The notes beneath the pieces are model-generated. The model was not told the DNA's origin. It worked only from the letters and a program-made list of their open reading frames with translations, and ran no database searches. From Thermotogaceae bacterium (GTDB lineage: Bacteria > Thermotogota > Thermotogae > B21-G9 > HyVt-16), in the NCBI GenBank assembly GCA_029981435.1, contig JARRBB010000005.1:1934-65933 (forward strand): 64,000 nt of DNA, given 5' to 3'. Positions within the stretch are counted from its first letter, which is position 1, and each line of letters opens with the position of its first letter. Positions 19,217 to 31,095 of this stretch are shown piece by piece. A program made the translations under genes and the position numbers.

Positions 19217-20059
19217 ATGAACGTTATAGCGGTATTATTGCTTGCTGTATCAATGCTTTCCAATCCAAATGGTGCACTTTTTGTAGACGATTACGGTATC
19301 TTCGTAGCAGAAACAGGGAAATTAGGTGCGATGGATGGTAAAATACTCGTTGTAGAAAACCTTATGGGTGACAAACATGTTTTAGCTTCAACAGGTTTGA
19401 TCGATCCAAAAGGTATGACTTTTGATTATTGGAACAAAATGATAATTGTTACCGATGGAGATAGCTTGAAAGCCGTTGATCCTGAAAACGGAAAAGTTAC
19501 AGTTCTGTACGGCCCAGAGGATTTTCCTGTTGAGCCAAAGTATTTGAATGGTGTTCTATGGAATGACGGTAAGATATACGTTACCGACACAGAATTGAAC
19601 AAGGTTTTTAAGATAGAAAATGGCAAAATCGAAGAACTGGTAAGTCTCAAAAAACCAAGTGGTTTAGCAATTGGAAATGATGGAGAACTTTATATAGCAT
19701 CCTTCGCCGATCCCCAGGGACAGATATACAGGTATAAAGATGGACAGTTGAGGATCTTTGTTAAGGAAGCCGACTTGAATGGAACCTATGGATTGTATTT
19801 CGATAAAAGAAGAGGATTTTTAATCGCTTCGGGATACTGGTCTGGGAAACTCGTTTTTGTAGAACCAAGCGGAAGGATTATAAACAAACTCTCAGGTAAA
19901 TTAAGACATCCCGCAGGAATTTCTTATGATCCTGCAAACATGTACATATTCATTGCAGACGCTGATAGAAATTCGCTTTTTGTGTACAAACTCAGAGATG
20001 ATTTCAGAAATGTAAATACAAGAAATGAACCTGGTGCCTGTTCCGTATGCGGAAAATAA
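19217..20059 (+). CDS. Exported beta-propeller protein (SMP-30/gluconolactonase/NHL-like)
   Basis: Repeated P.G+...+Y+.D blades (NPNG, DPKG, YLNG, KPSG, HPAG) and a hydrophobic N-terminus. Confidence 0.75.
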   Translation: MNVIAVLLLAVSMLSNPNGALFVDDYGIFVAETGKLGAMDGKILVVENLMGDKHVLASTGLIDPKGMTFDYWNKMIIVTDGDSLKAVDPENGKVTVLYGPEDFPVEPKYLNGVLWNDGKIYVTDTELNKVFKIENGKIEELVSLKKPSGLAIGNDGELYIASFADPQGQIYRYKDGQLRIFVKEADLNGTYGLYFDKRRGFLIASGYWSGKLVFVEPSGRIINKLSGKLRHPAGISYDPANMYIFIADADRNSLFVYKLRDDFRNVNTRNEPGACSVCGK

Positions 20060-20084
20060 ATTAAAGAAGTGAGGGAAATTCTGA

Positions 20085-21839
20085 ATGCTTTTTTCAAAAT
20101 TATATGCACCAACTATAAAGGAAAAACCGGCTGATTCTGAAACCATAAGTTATGAACTTTTAACGCGTGGTGGTTTCATAAGAAAGGTTGCGGCAGGTAT
20201 TTATACATATCTGCCGCTTGGTTGGAGAGTTATAAAGAAGATAACAAAAATAGTTGAAGAAGAAATGGATAAAATAGGTGCCCAGGAATTCATGATGCCG
20301 ATTATTCAGCAGGCTGAAATCTGGAAAGAAAGCGGAAGATGGGAAGATTATGGACCAGAAATGATGAAGCTTTCTGACAGGCATGGAAGGGAATTCACAC
20401 TTGGGCCAACTCACGAAGAAATGATAACCTTCATAGTAAGAAATGAACTTCGTTCTTATAAGCAGTTACCACTCATTCTGTATCAGATAAATCAAAAATA
20501 TCGTGATGAGATAAGACCAAGATTCGGTTTAATGAGGGCAAGAGAGTTCATAATGAAAGATGCTTACAGCTTTCACAGTGATGAAAAAAGTCTCGAAGAA
20601 ACTTACCAGGATTTCTACAGAGCTTATTCTAAAATTTGTGAAAGATTGGAGTTAAACTATATTTCTGTTGAAGCTGATACCGGTGCAATTGGTGGAACAG
20701 ATTCACACGAGTTCATAATATTGGCTTCCACTGGTGAAAGCGATATATACGTTTGTGATAGCTGTGGTTACTCGGCAAGTGAAGAAAGGGCGCAGTCGAA
20801 AATACCTGAAAACATTCCTGAAGAAATTGAGCCACTTGAAGAAGTTCCAACTCCCAATGTAAAAACCATCGAAGATGTGAGTGAATTCCTTAAAGTTTCG
20901 AAAGAGAAAATTGTCAAATCTCTTCTTTACGTTGGGAGAAACGGTTATGTAATGGCTTTGATAAGAGGAGATTATGAACTTAACGAATCAAAACTCAAGA
21001 GTCTTTTGAAAGATCAGACCTTAAGGCTTGCAACTCCTGAAGAAGTTCAAAGAGATTTTGGAGTGCCCATAGGTTTCATAGGTCCTGTAGGTATTGATGG
21101 AGTGAAAGTACAGAAAGTAGCGGATTTATCCATCAAGAACCTGAACAATTTCGTTGTTGGAGGTATGAAAGAAGATTATCACTACATAAATACGAATCTT
21201 AACAGGGATTTTACGGTGGAACTTTGGGGAGATATTAGAACGGTAAAGGAAGGAGAAGGCTGTCCAAAGTGTGGAAACCAATTGAGACATACTAAAGGAA
21301 TAGAAGTAGGGCATATATTCAAACTTGGAACTAAATATTCTGAAAAACTCAATGGCTACTTTGTAGATGAAGAAGGTAAAAACAAACCGTATCTTATGGG
21401 ATGTTATGGTTGGGGAATTTCAAGAACACTTGCTGCGATAGTTGAACAACTTCACGATGATAACGGGATAATATGGCCTATCAGTGTGGCACCGTACACA
21501 GTTGAAATAGTTATAGTAAATACATCAGATGAAGAACAGAGAACCTTTGGTTTTAAACTCTATGAAATTTTAAAATCAAGGAATTGTGAAGTCCTTCTTG
21601 ACGATAGAGAAACTTCCGCTGGTTTTAAGTTCAAAGATTCTGATTTGATTGGATTTCCAATAAGAATCACAGTTGGTAAAAAACTCAAAGACGGTAAAAT
21701 AGAAATCAAAAAAAGATACGAGGAAAAAGGGGTAGAAGTCTCCATTAAAAAAGGCTTGGAAGAAGTTGTCGATTTAATTGAAAAAACGATCGAAGAGTAC
21801 AGTACAAAATTCATTCAAAACAATTTAACCATATCTTAA
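20085..21839 (+). CDS. proS: Proline--tRNA ligase (bacterial type with INS editing domain)
   Basis: [56 protein letters not shown]. Confidence 0.97.
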   Translation: MLFSKLYAPTIKEKPADSETISYELLTRGGFIRKVAAGIYTYLPLGWRVIKKITKIVEEEMDKIGAQEFMMPIIQQAEIWKESGRWEDYGPEMMKLSDRHGREFTLGPTHEEMITFIVRNELRSYKQLPLILYQINQKYRDEIRPRFGLMRAREFIMKDAYSFHSDEKSLEETYQDFYRAYSKICERLELNYISVEADTGAIGGTDSHEFIILASTGESDIYVCDSCGYSASEERAQSKIPENIPEEIEPLEEVPTPNVKTIEDVSEFLKVSKEKIVKSLLYVGRNGYVMALIRGDYELNESKLKSLLKDQTLRLATPEEVQRDFGVPIGFIGPVGIDGVKVQKVADLSIKNLNNFVVGGMKEDYHYINTNLNRDFTVELWGDIRTVKEGEGCPKCGNQLRHTKGIEVGHIFKLGTKYSEKLNGYFVDEEGKNKPYLMGCYGWGISRTLAAIVEQLHDDNGIIWPISVAPYTVEIVIVNTSDEEQRTFGFKLYEILKSRNCEVLLDDRETSAGFKFKDSDLIGFPIRITVGKKLKDGKIEIKKRYEEKGVEVSIKKGLEEVVDLIEKTIEEYSTKFIQNNLTIS

Positions 21840-21861
21840 TCTTTTCTTCTGATATAAGGGT

Positions 21862-21890
21862 TTGACATTACGTTTTTTGTGATGTAAAAT
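21862..21890 (+). promoter_or_regulatory. Sigma70-type promoter of the str/S10/spc/alpha cluster
   Basis: TTGACA-17 nt-TAAAAT, 47 nt upstream of rpsL. Confidence 0.85.
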
Positions 21891-21937
21891 TACGCTTGGT
21901 TATTTATTTTTAGGTAAAAGGGAGGGTAAAAACTTAG

Positions 21938-22315
21938 ATGCCAACGATAAATCAATTGATTCGTCATTCAAGGAAAAAGTTAGAAAACAAATCTAAGTCT
22001 CCAGCACTTGGCGGAAATCCTCAAAAAAGAGGTGTTTGTGTCAGGGTATCAACCATGACACCTAAGAAGCCAAATTCCGCTTTAAGAAAAATTGCGAGGG
22101 TTAGATTGACAAATGGTATAGAAGTAACAGCTTACATTCCAGGTATAGGGCACAATCTTCAAGAGCACTCTGTCGTTTTGATAAGAGGTGGAAGGGTTAA
22201 GGATCTTCCAGGTGTCAGATACAAAATAATCAGAGGTACACTCGATGCAGCAGGCGTTGAAGGAAGAAAACAGAGCAGATCAAAATACGGTGCTAAAAAA
22301 CCTAAAAAACAATAG
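21938..22315 (+). CDS. rpsL: 30S ribosomal protein S12
   Basis: [28 protein letters not shown]. Confidence 0.99.
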   Translation: MPTINQLIRHSRKKLENKSKSPALGGNPQKRGVCVRVSTMTPKKPNSALRKIARVRLTNGIEVTAYIPGIGHNLQEHSVVLIRGGRVKDLPGVRYKIIRGTLDAAGVEGRKQSRSKYGAKKPKKQ

Positions 22316-22332
22316 TTCGAGGAGGGAGTAAG

Positions 22333-22800
22333 GTGCGTAGAAGAAGAGCTGAAAGAAGACCCGTTCAACCTGATCCATTGTACAATGACACACTGGTTAG
22401 CAAGTTCATAAATATGATAATGTGGGACGGAAAAAAGTCAAAAGCACAGAAAATAGTTTATGGTGCTTTCGAATACATAAGGGAAAAGTTGAATAAGGAC
22501 CCACTTGAAGTATTTAAACAGGCTGTTGAAAACGTAAGACCGATCCTTGAAGTTAGACCGAGAAGGGTCGGTGGAGCAACTTATCAGGTTCCAATAGAAG
22601 TTCAGGAACCGAGAAAGACTTCTCTTGCTTTGAGATGGATTGTTGCTGCTGCAAGAGCCAAACGCGGAAAACCAATGTATTTACGTGTTGCCGAAGAGCT
22701 TATGGATGCTTATGAGAACAAGGGAGTAGCAATCAAAAAGAAAGAAGATACACACAGAATGGCAGAAGCCAACAGGGCATTTGCACATTATAGATGGTAA
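22333..22800 (+). CDS. rpsG: 30S ribosomal protein S7
   Basis: [26 protein letters not shown]. Confidence 0.99.
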   Translation: MRRRRAERRPVQPDPLYNDTLVSKFINMIMWDGKKSKAQKIVYGAFEYIREKLNKDPLEVFKQAVENVRPILEVRPRRVGGATYQVPIEVQEPRKTSLALRWIVAAARAKRGKPMYLRVAEELMDAYENKGVAIKKKEDTHRMAEANRAFAHYRW

Positions 22801-22828
22801 TCACAGAACAGTATTGGAGGGAAAAATT

Positions 22829-24901
22829 GTGAAGGAGAGGCTTGTGCCTCTTGAGAGGATAAGAAATATAGGGATAATGGCACATATAGATGCTGGGAAG
22901 ACAACGACCACAGAAAGAATATTGTATTACACTGGCAGAAAGCATAAGCTTGGTAGCGTTGATGAAGGAACTGCTACAATGGACTGGATGGATCAGGAAA
23001 AAGAGCGTGGTATCACTATAACATCTGCAGCAACGACATGTTTCTGGCGAGATTTTAGAATAAATATAATTGATACGCCCGGGCACGTGGATTTTACAGT
23101 CGAGGTTGAAAGAGCCTTAAGGGTTCTTGATGGTGCTGTGGCTCTTTTCGATGCAGCCGCTGGCGTTGAGCCACAATCCGAAACTGTATGGCGTCAGGCT
23201 GATAAATACGGTGTCCCAAGAATCGCATTCATGAATAAAATGGACAAAATAGGTGCCAACTTTGAAATGGCAATTCAAACTATGGTTGAAAAATTGAATG
23301 CTAATCCTGTTGCTATTCAACTGCCTATTGGTTCAGAAGCCAATTTTGAGGGGGTTATCGATCTTGTTAAAATGAAGGCAGTTTACTGGTTGAATGAAGA
23401 TGGAACACAGTATGAATATCGAGACATCCCTGAAGAGTTACTTGAAAAAGCAGAAGAAGTTCGTGAAGAAATGATAGTGGCTTTATCCGATGTTGATGAT
23501 GAGCTCATGGAAGCTTATATCGAAGGTGAAGAGATTTCAGAAAATAGATTAAAGGAAGCTATAAGACTTGCAACACTTCAAAGAAAAATAGTACCAGTTC
23601 TTTGTGGCTCTTCATACAGAAACAAAGGTGTTCAGTTACTCTTGGATGCTATAGTTGATTATCTACCATCACCGCTTGATTTACCACCTGTTAAAGGCTG
23701 GGATCCAAAAACCGGTGAAGAGATCCTAAGGAACCCCTCGGAAAACGAACCATTTTCGGCTCTCGCATTTAAAATAATGGTTGATCCAATGATAGGTAAA
23801 TTAACATATTTCAGGGTTTACTCTGGAAGATTGGAAAAAGGTAGCTACATATACAATTCCACTCAGAACATCAAAGAAAGGGTATCGAGACTGGTTTTTA
23901 TGCATGCAGATAAAAAGGAAGATGTTGACTACATCAGGGCAGGAGATATAGTTGCTGCCATCGGATTGAAATCTACAAAGACAGGTGATACCCTTTGCGA
24001 TGAGAGTTCACCGATAATTCTTGAAAAAATAGATTTTCCCGAACCTGTTATATCCATAGCAATTGAACCTCTTACAAAGGCAGACGAAGATAAATTATCC
24101 AAAGCGTTGCTTGCACTTGCAGAGGAAGATCCAAGTTTCAAGGTTTACGTTGATGAAGAAACGGGTGAAACACTTATTGCCGGTATGGGTGAATTACATC
24201 TTGAAGTTTTAATTGAAAGATTGAAGAGAGAATACAACGTTCAAGTAAGAGTTGGTCAACCACAGGTTGCGTATCGTGAAGCAATAACTGATAATGTCGA
24301 AACTGAAGGAAAATATATAAGACAATCAGGTGGAAGAGGACAATACGGTCACGTTAAAATCAGAGTGGAACCGATCGACTTTTCAAAGGAGTTTGAATTT
24401 GAAAGTCAACTGAAAGGTATGACGATCCCCAAGGAGTATTTCCCTGCAATAGAAGCAGGTGCTAAAGAAGCGTGCCAGAGTGGACCTTTGATTGGTGCAC
24501 CGGTTTTGGGTGTTAAAGTTACACTGCTTGATGGTTCCTATCACGAAGTCGATTCATCAGAGCTTGCCTTCAAAGTAGCCAGTTCTATGGCTGTTAAAGA
24601 AGCTCTGCATAAAGCCAATCCGGTTTTGCTCGAACCTATAATGAAACTTGAGATAACCACACCTGAGGAGTACATGGGCGATTTGATAGCTGACTTAAAC
24701 ACCCGAAGGGCAAAGATCGAAGCTTTTGAGACAAGAGGGAATCTTAGAATAATCAAGGCATTCGTACCTCTGGCTGAGACCTTCGGTTATGCAACTGCTC
24801 TGAGATCTTTAAGCCAGGGAAGGGCAACTCATATAATTCAATTCTCGCATTACGAGGAAGTCCCTGAAAAAGTTCTCGAAAAAATCATCAAGAAAGTTTA
24901 A
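22829..24901 (+). CDS. fusA: Elongation factor G
   Basis: [30 protein letters not shown] 22829 follows GGAGG. Confidence 0.99.
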   Translation: MKERLVPLERIRNIGIMAHIDAGKTTTTERILYYTGRKHKLGSVDEGTATMDWMDQEKERGITITSAATTCFWRDFRINIIDTPGHVDFTVEVERALRVLDGAVALFDAAAGVEPQSETVWRQADKYGVPRIAFMNKMDKIGANFEMAIQTMVEKLNANPVAIQLPIGSEANFEGVIDLVKMKAVYWLNEDGTQYEYRDIPEELLEKAEEVREEMIVALSDVDDELMEAYIEGEEISENRLKEAIRLATLQRKIVPVLCGSSYRNKGVQLLLDAIVDYLPSPLDLPPVKGWDPKTGEEILRNPSENEPFSALAFKIMVDPMIGKLTYFRVYSGRLEKGSYIYNSTQNIKERVSRLVFMHADKKEDVDYIRAGDIVAAIGLKSTKTGDTLCDESSPIILEKIDFPEPVISIAIEPLTKADEDKLSKALLALAEEDPSFKVYVDEETGETLIAGMGELHLEVLIERLKREYNVQVRVGQPQVAYREAITDNVETEGKYIRQSGGRGQYGHVKIRVEPIDFSKEFEFESQLKGMTIPKEYFPAIEAGAKEACQSGPLIGAPVLGVKVTLLDGSYHEVDSSELAFKVASSMAVKEALHKANPVLLEPIMKLEITTPEEYMGDLIADLNTRRAKIEAFETRGNLRIIKAFVPLAETFGYATALRSLSQGRATHIIQFSHYEEVPEKVLEKIIKKV

Positions 24902-24934
24902 CCTAAAATATTTTTTAAGGAGGGAGATTTTAGA

Positions 24935-26131
24935 ATGGCAAAGGAAAAGTTTGTAAGAACTAAACCACATGTTAACATTGGAACCATAGGACACATAGAC
25001 CATGGTAAAACCACATTAACAGCAGCGATAACAAAGGCTCTGAGCTTTAAAGGACTTGCAAATTACGTACCATTTGACAACATCGATAAGGCACCCGAAG
25101 AAAAGGCAAGAGGTATAACAATTAACGTTACCCACGTTGAATACGAAACCGAAAAAAGACATTATGCACACATTGACTGTCCAGGTCACGTTGACTACAT
25201 AAAGAACATGATCACAGGTGCAGCACAGATGGATGGTTCTATACTCGTTGTCGCTGCAACAGATGGTCCAATGCCACAGACACGTGAACATGTCCTTCTG
25301 GCAAGACAGGTTAATGTCCCTGCGATCGTTGTTTTTCTCAACAAAGTGGATATGGTCGACGATGAAGAACTGATTGATCTCGTTGAAATGGAAGTTAGAG
25401 ACCTTTTGAGCAAATATGAATTCCCCGGTGATGAAGTACCTGTCATCAGAGGATCAGCTCTTAAGGCACTTGAAGCAGATAATCCTGACAACGAATGGGT
25501 ACAGAAAATATATGAACTTATGGATGCAGTTGATAACTATGTTCCAGAACCTACTAGAGAAGTTGACAAACCATTCTTGATGCCAATAGAAGACATATTC
25601 ACAATAACCGGTCGTGGAACAGTTGTTACAGGTAGAGTTGAAAGAGGAAGAATAGTGGCAGGAGAAGAAGTCGAAATAGTCGGATTGAGACCAACTATAA
25701 AGACAGTTGTCACAAGTGTTGAAATGTTCAGAAAAATACTTGATGAAGGTATCGCTGGTGACAACATTGGTTGTCTTTTAAGAGGTGTGAAAAAAGACGA
25801 AGTCGAAAGAGGACAGGTTCTTGCGAAACCTGGCACTATAACACCTCACACAGTGTTCAAAGCACAGGTTTACGTTTTGAAGAAAGAAGAAGGTGGAAGA
25901 AGTACACCATTCATGAAAGGTTACAGGCCACAATTTTACATTAGAACAGCTGACGTCACAGGTGATGTAATTGAACTTCCAGAAGGTGTTCAGATGGTAA
26001 TGCCTGGTGATAACGTTGAATTGACAGTAAAATTAATCAAGCCTGTTGCTCTTGAAAAAGGTATGCGTTTTGCCATAAGAGAAGGTGGAAGAACAATAGG
26101 AGCAGGTATTGTTACAGAAATCATCGAGTAA
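24935..26131 (+). CDS. tuf: Elongation factor Tu
   Basis: [34 protein letters not shown]. Confidence 0.99.
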   Translation: MAKEKFVRTKPHVNIGTIGHIDHGKTTLTAAITKALSFKGLANYVPFDNIDKAPEEKARGITINVTHVEYETEKRHYAHIDCPGHVDYIKNMITGAAQMDGSILVVAATDGPMPQTREHVLLARQVNVPAIVVFLNKVDMVDDEELIDLVEMEVRDLLSKYEFPGDEVPVIRGSALKALEADNPDNEWVQKIYELMDAVDNYVPEPTREVDKPFLMPIEDIFTITGRGTVVTGRVERGRIVAGEEVEIVGLRPTIKTVVTSVEMFRKILDEGIAGDNIGCLLRGVKKDEVERGQVLAKPGTITPHTVFKAQVYVLKKEEGGRSTPFMKGYRPQFYIRTADVTGDVIELPEGVQMVMPGDNVELTVKLIKPVALEKGMRFAIREGGRTIGAGIVTEIIE

Positions 26132-26142
26132 AAAACCAGAAA

Positions 26143-26195
26143 TAAGAGGAGTGGATTTCCACTCCTCTTACCTTCTGTAATTTAAGAGGAGGGGA
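26143..26195 (+). promoter_or_regulatory. tuf-rpsJ intergenic hairpin with alternative anti-SD pairing
   Basis: Perfect 12-bp stem TAAGAGGAGTGG/CCACTCCTCTTA (26143-26170) with no U-tract. Its 5' arm recurs (12/13) as the rpsJ RBS at 26183-26195. Confidence 0.6.
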
Positions 26196-26202
26196 ATTAA
26201 AA

Positions 26203-26511
26203 ATGCCAGGACAGAAAATCAGGATAAAACTTAAAGCATATGATCACGAGCTTCTTGATCTATCTGCCAAAAAAATAGTTGAAACTGTTAAGGAAACAAA
26301 TGCAAAGGTTTCAGGACCAATACCTTTGCCAATTGAGAGAACTCTTTACTGTGTTTTAAGGTCTCCGCACAAGCATAAAGACTCGAGAGAACATTTTGAA
26401 AAAAGAGTACATAAGAGATTGATAGACATACTCGAACCAAGTCCTAAAACAATAGACGCACTAATGAAGATAGATCTTCCCGCAGGAGTCGACGTAGAGA
26501 TCAAACTCTAA
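26203..26511 (+). CDS. rpsJ: 30S ribosomal protein S10
   Basis: [29 protein letters not shown]. Confidence 0.99.
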   Translation: MPGQKIRIKLKAYDHELLDLSAKKIVETVKETNAKVSGPIPLPIERTLYCVLRSPHKHKDSREHFEKRVHKRLIDILEPSPKTIDALMKIDLPAGVDVEIKL

Positions 26512-26526
26512 ATGGAGGTGTAAGGA

Positions 26527-27168
26527 ATGAAAGCCATTCTCGGACGTAAGATCGGAATGACAAGGGTTTTCAAAGACGGTGTAGCAATTCCGGTTACCGT
26601 TATAAAAGCAGGTCCTTGTTATGTGGTCCAGAAAAAAGTTGAGGAAAAAGACGGATATAATGCAATACAGGTAGGATTTGAAGAGATAAGTGAGAAAAAG
26701 GTTAATAAGCCTTTGCTTGGCCATTTCAAAAGATTCGGAGTTGGACCATTCAGAATTTTAAAGGAGTTTAGAGTGGAAAATCCCGACGATTATCAGGTCG
26801 GTCAGGTCATAGATCTTAACATATTCAACGAAGGGGAAAAAATAGATATAACTGGCTGGTCAAAAGGTAAAGGTTTTCAAGGTGCTATGAGAAGATGGGG
26901 ATTTTCTGGTGGTCCTTCAAGTCATGGAACAAAATTCGTTAGAGAACTGGGTTCTATGGGTGCTGCTACACATATTTCGAGAATTATAAAAGGTAAGAAA
27001 ATGCCTGGCAGGCTTGGAAACGAGAGAATCACAATCCTCAACTCTGAAGTTGTGAAAATAATACCAGAAGAGAATATAATAGCGGTCAAAGGTGGCGTCC
27101 CAGGATCGAGGGGCAGTCTCGTTATAATACGAGAAGCGAAAAAAGTTAAAGCCCCGAAAACAAAGTAA
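26527..27168 (+). CDS. rplC: 50S ribosomal protein L3
   Basis: ILGRKIGMT, DGYNAIQVG, SKGKGFQG, KGKKMPG. Confidence 0.99.
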   Translation: MKAILGRKIGMTRVFKDGVAIPVTVIKAGPCYVVQKKVEEKDGYNAIQVGFEEISEKKVNKPLLGHFKRFGVGPFRILKEFRVENPDDYQVGQVIDLNIFNEGEKIDITGWSKGKGFQGAMRRWGFSGGPSSHGTKFVRELGSMGAATHISRIIKGKKMPGRLGNERITILNSEVVKIIPEENIIAVKGGVPGSRGSLVIIREAKKVKAPKTK

Positions 27169-27192
27169 GGAAAGCAGGAAGGAGGATTTTTA

Positions 27193-27870
27193 ATGGCTCA
27201 GATTGATATTTTGAATCTGAAAGGTGAAAAAGTTGGAGAGCTGGAAATAAGAGAAGATGTTTTCAACATCGAACCGAATACAGATGTTATGTTCAGATAC
27301 GTTGATATGCAACTAACTAACAGAAGAGCTGGTACTGCTTCAACAAAAACCCGCGGTGAAGTTTCTGGTGGCGGAAGGAAACCCTGGTCCCAAAAACACA
27401 CAGGAAGGGCAAGGGCTGGTTCTATAAGAGCTCCTCACTGGAAAGGTGGTGGAGTTGCACATGGTCCCAAGCCAAAGATTTGGAATAAAAAATTACCGAA
27501 AAAAGTAAAAAAACTTGCTTTGAAATCTGCTCTCAGTGTTAAATTCAGAGAGAAAAATTTAATTGTTTTAGAAGACCTTAGATTCGATAAACCTAAGGCA
27601 CGTGAAATGAGAGATGTTTTGAAAGGTCTTGGACTCGATAACACTTATTCACTTTTCGTCCTCCCGAAAAAGGAAGACGCTTACGTGAATGTTAAACTCT
27701 CGGGAAGAAACTTCCCCAACGTTAAAGTTATCATTGCCGACAATCCTAACAATGGAACACCAGGTATCGTGAAAATAGACGGTTTGAATGTTTATGACAT
27801 AATAAGGCACGAAAAACTTGTTCTAACGGTTGATATGGTTAAGAAGATTGAGGAGGTGCTGGGAGGATGA
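27193..27870 (+). CDS. rplD: 50S ribosomal protein L4
   Basis: [26 protein letters not shown]; Thermotogota-type ADNPNN insert. Confidence 0.99.
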   Translation: MAQIDILNLKGEKVGELEIREDVFNIEPNTDVMFRYVDMQLTNRRAGTASTKTRGEVSGGGRKPWSQKHTGRARAGSIRAPHWKGGGVAHGPKPKIWNKKLPKKVKKLALKSALSVKFREKNLIVLEDLRFDKPKAREMRDVLKGLGLDNTYSLFVLPKKEDAYVNVKLSGRNFPNVKVIIADNPNNGTPGIVKIDGLNVYDIIRHEKLVLTVDMVKKIEEVLGG

Positions 27871-28166
27871 AAGAGAAGGTGACATACTTTGATGTCATTA
27901 TTAGACCATTAATCACTGAGAAATCAACCTCCCTTGGTGAAAATAGAACATATGTTTTTGAGGTTGATAAAAGGGTTAATAAATCAAAAGTGAAAGAAGC
28001 CATCGAGAAAACCTTCAATGTTAAGGTAGAAAAGGTGAACATTATAAACGTAAAGCCTAAGCCGAAAAGACAAGGTATTTTTGAAGGAAAAAGTAGATCC
28101 TGGAAAAAGGCAATAGTTAAATTGAGAGAAGGTTACACTATACAACAGCTCGAAGGTTTACACTAA
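27867..28166 (+). CDS. rplW: 50S ribosomal protein L23
   Basis: [16 protein letters not shown]. Confidence 0.98.
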   Translation: MKEKVTYFDVIIRPLITEKSTSLGENRTYVFEVDKRVNKSKVKEAIEKTFNVKVEKVNIINVKPKPKRQGIFEGKSRSWKKAIVKLREGYTIQQLEGLH

Positions 28167-28184
28167 TGAAAGGGGAGTAATAAG

Positions 28185-29015
28185 ATGGGACTGAAAAGAT
28201 TCAAACCTTATACTCCTGGTAGAAGGTTTATGATAATATCAGACTTTTCCGATATTACCAAGAGTGAACCAGAAAAATCATTGTTAAAGCCTTTAAAGAA
28301 AACAGGTGGAAGAAATCATCATGGTCGCGTGACTGTGAGACACATAGGCGGCGGCCACAAAAGGATGTACAGAATCATAGATTTCAAAAGAGATAAACTC
28401 AACATACCTGCAAAAGTTCTGGCAATAGAATATGATCCGAACAGGTCGGCAAGAATAGCCCTTTTGATGTATGCTGATGGTGAAAAAAGGTACATACTTG
28501 CACCAAAAGGTTTGCAGGTAGGAGATACCGTAATGAGTGGGCCAGAGGCGGAAATAAAAGTTGGGAATTCACTACCGCTGGAAAAAATTCCCGATGGTAC
28601 TATAATTCATAATATTGAATTAAAACCTGGTAAAGGTGGACAACTTGCACGTTCAGCTGGGACTTATGCTCAATTGATGGCAAAAGAAGGATCATACGCG
28701 CTCTTAAGGTTACCTTCCGGAGAATTGAGAAGAGTCCATATTAGATGTATGGCAACTATTGGAATGGTAGGCAATGAAGACCATATAAATGAAGTAGATG
28801 GAAAAGCAGGAAGAGTCAGATGGAAAGGTATAAAACCAACTGTCAGAGGTATAGCTATGAACCCCGTTGATCACCCCCATGGTGGAGGTGAAGGAAGAAG
28901 TAAAGGTGGTAATCATCCACAAAGTCCTTGGGGTGTCCCAGCGAAAGGTTATAAGACACGAAGGGGCAAAAGACCATCCGATAAATTTATCGTGAGAAGA
29001 AGAAACGAAGTCTGA
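28185..29015 (+). CDS. rplB: 50S ribosomal protein L2
   Basis: [26 protein letters not shown]. Confidence 0.99.
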   Translation: MGLKRFKPYTPGRRFMIISDFSDITKSEPEKSLLKPLKKTGGRNHHGRVTVRHIGGGHKRMYRIIDFKRDKLNIPAKVLAIEYDPNRSARIALLMYADGEKRYILAPKGLQVGDTVMSGPEAEIKVGNSLPLEKIPDGTIIHNIELKPGKGGQLARSAGTYAQLMAKEGSYALLRLPSGELRRVHIRCMATIGMVGNEDHINEVDGKAGRVRWKGIKPTVRGIAMNPVDHPHGGGEGRSKGGNHPQSPWGVPAKGYKTRRGKRPSDKFIVRRRNEV

Positions 29016-29030
29016 AAGGGGGTGTAGTTC

Positions 29031-29315
29031 GTGAGCAGATCTCTAAAAAAAGGATTATATGTTGACCCGAAGTTGATGAAAAAGATCAGAAAATTGAATG
29101 AATTAGGTGAAAAGAAAGTCATAAAAACCTGGAGCAGAGCTTCGACAATTGTCCCAGAAATGATAGGACATACAATAGCAGTCCATAATGGAATGAAACA
29201 CATCCCCGTTTATATAACAGAAAATATGGTTGGACATAAACTCGGTGAATTTGCGTTCACAAGAAGATTTGGTGGTCATGCCGATAAAAAGGCTAACAGG
29301 GGTCAAGTAAAGTAA
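29031..29315 (+). CDS. rpsS: 30S ribosomal protein S19
   Basis: SRSLKKG, KTWSRAS, GHKLGEF. Confidence 0.99.
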   Translation: MSRSLKKGLYVDPKLMKKIRKLNELGEKKVIKTWSRASTIVPEMIGHTIAVHNGMKHIPVYITENMVGHKLGEFAFTRRFGGHADKKANRGQVK

Positions 29316-29327
29316 GGAGGGACTCAA

Positions 29328-29771
29328 ATGGCGCACTTAAAAAGATCTATTTTCCATAGAGAAAGGAAATTGAAAGAATCGCAGCAACCTGTTATAGAAG
29401 CAAGAGCAACGGCAAAATATGTTAGAATATCCCCAAGAAAAGCGAGATCAGTTATAAATGCGATAAGAGGTAAAAAAGTTGAAGAAGCGTTCAAGATTCT
29501 TGAACTTTCTCCTAAGAAGGCTGCGAGATTGATATACAAAGTTCTGAAATCTGCCGTGGCTAATGCTGAAAACAATTTTGGACTGGATGTGGATTCTCTT
29601 TATGTCAAAGAGTGTTTTGTGAACGATGGACCAAGGCTCAAAAGAATCTGGAGAAGAGGAAGAGGTCGGGCAGACATAATTCAAAAAAGATTGAGTCACA
29701 TAAATGTTGTTGTTCGTGATGCCTCTAAAGAGAAAGTATTGGTTGAAGAGAACAACGAGACTACTGAGTGA
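29328..29771 (+). CDS. rplV: 50S ribosomal protein L22
   Basis: [23 protein letters not shown]; N-terminal extension. Confidence 0.98.
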   Translation: MAHLKRSIFHRERKLKESQQPVIEARATAKYVRISPRKARSVINAIRGKKVEEAFKILELSPKKAARLIYKVLKSAVANAENNFGLDVDSLYVKECFVNDGPRLKRIWRRGRGRADIIQKRLSHINVVVRDASKEKVLVEENNETTE

Positions 29772-29782
29772 GGTGAAAATTG

Positions 29783-30421
29783 GTGGGTCAAAAAGTACAT
29801 CCGAAAGGATTTAGACTTGGTATAACCACAGATTGGTCTTCCAAGTGGTTTAACGAGAAGAATTACAGCAGTTTTCTACTTGAAGATCAGAAAATAAGGA
29901 ATTATATAAAAGACAAATATTTTCACGCTGGCATAAGCGAAATTTATATTGAAAGACCTAGTGCACAGAATATAAATATAACTATAAAAACAGCAAGAGT
30001 TGGAATTTTGATAGGTAAGAAAGGTTCTGAGGTTAAGGAACTGAGAGAAGAGTTACAAAAAATGACCGGTAAAAAAGTAGGAATAAACATAGAGGAGATC
30101 AGAACACCTGAAATAGTTGCTCAGCTGGTGGCTGAAAACATCGCAGCGCGAATCGAGAAACGTGCTTCCTATAAACAGGCCATGAAAAGATCTATAAGTA
30201 ACGCTTTGAGAAAAGGTGCAAAAGGTATCAAGGTAATGGTTTCGGGAAGATTGGGTGGTGCAGATATAGCAAGAACTGAATGGTACAGGCAGGGAAGAGT
30301 TCCTTTACAGACTTTAACAGCTAAGATAGATTACGGATATACAGTAGCAAAAACAAGATATGGAATTATAGGCATAAAAGTATGGATCTTTCTTGGAGAC
30401 GATAAATCCAAGTCGAAGTAA
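29783..30421 (+). CDS. rpsC: 30S ribosomal protein S3
   Basis: [33 protein letters not shown] start; TTG 29780 is an alternative. Confidence 0.99.
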   Translation: MGQKVHPKGFRLGITTDWSSKWFNEKNYSSFLLEDQKIRNYIKDKYFHAGISEIYIERPSAQNINITIKTARVGILIGKKGSEVKELREELQKMTGKKVGINIEEIRTPEIVAQLVAENIAARIEKRASYKQAMKRSISNALRKGAKGIKVMVSGRLGGADIARTEWYRQGRVPLQTLTAKIDYGYTVAKTRYGIIGIKVWIFLGDDKSKSK

Positions 30422-30450
30422 TCAGCTATTCTGAGAGGAGGTTATATGAG

Positions 30451-30873
30451 ATGTTAATGCCTAAGAGAGTTAAATATAGAAAACAACAACGCGGTAGATT
30501 AAAAGGAAAATCCAAAGGAGCAACCGAAGTACATTTCGGTGAGTGGGGGTTAAAGGCTCTCGAATCTCACTGGATAACCGCACAACAAATCGAAGCGTGC
30601 AGGGTTGCTATGACAAGGATTCTGAAACGTTCAGGGAAGATATGGATAAGGGTTTTTCCAGACAAACCTGTCACTGCTCGTCCACCTGAATCACGTATGG
30701 GTAAGGGAAAAGGAAATCCTGATAAATGGGTTGCTGTTGTGAAGCGTGGAAGAGTCATGTTTGAAATTGGAGGAGTTTCTGACGAGTTAGCGAAAGAAGC
30801 TCTAAAATATGCGGCAGCTAAATTGCCAATAAAAACAAAAATAGTCCCTCGCTTCACATTGGGAGGTGAATAA
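30451..30873 (+). CDS. rplP: 50S ribosomal protein L16
   Basis: [18 protein letters not shown]. Confidence 0.99.
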   Translation: MLMPKRVKYRKQQRGRLKGKSKGATEVHFGEWGLKALESHWITAQQIEACRVAMTRILKRSGKIWIRVFPDKPVTARPPESRMGKGKGNPDKWVAVVKRGRVMFEIGGVSDELAKEALKYAAAKLPIKTKIVPRFTLGGE

Positions 30874-30875
30874 TA

Positions 30876-31076
30876 ATGAAAGCAAGCGAACTCAGAGGAT
30901 TGAGCGATCAGGAACTCCTTGAAAAATTAGAAGATGCCAAAAGACAGCTGATGAATCTTAGATTTCAGCTCGCTATAGGACAGCTTGATAATAATTCAAA
31001 GATAATGGAGACTAAAAGAGACATAGCAAGGATCAAAACTATTTTGAGAGAAAGAGAACTGGGTATAAGAAGGTAA
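30876..31076 (+). CDS. rpmC: 50S ribosomal protein L29
   Basis: [21 protein letters not shown]. Confidence 0.98.
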   Translation: MKASELRGLSDQELLEKLEDAKRQLMNLRFQLAIGQLDNNSKIMETKRDIARIKTILRERELGIRR

Positions 31077-31095
31077 TTTGAGGAGGATGATCAAA

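Noticed and set aside
20085-21938. Absence of rpoB/rpoC upstream of rpsL
   Set aside because: Separation of rpoBC from the str operon is already seen in Thermotoga and many other bacteria.
22781-22828. Extended fusA start overlapping rpsG
   Set aside because: The extension is not EF-G-like. GTG 22829 has a proper GGAGG.
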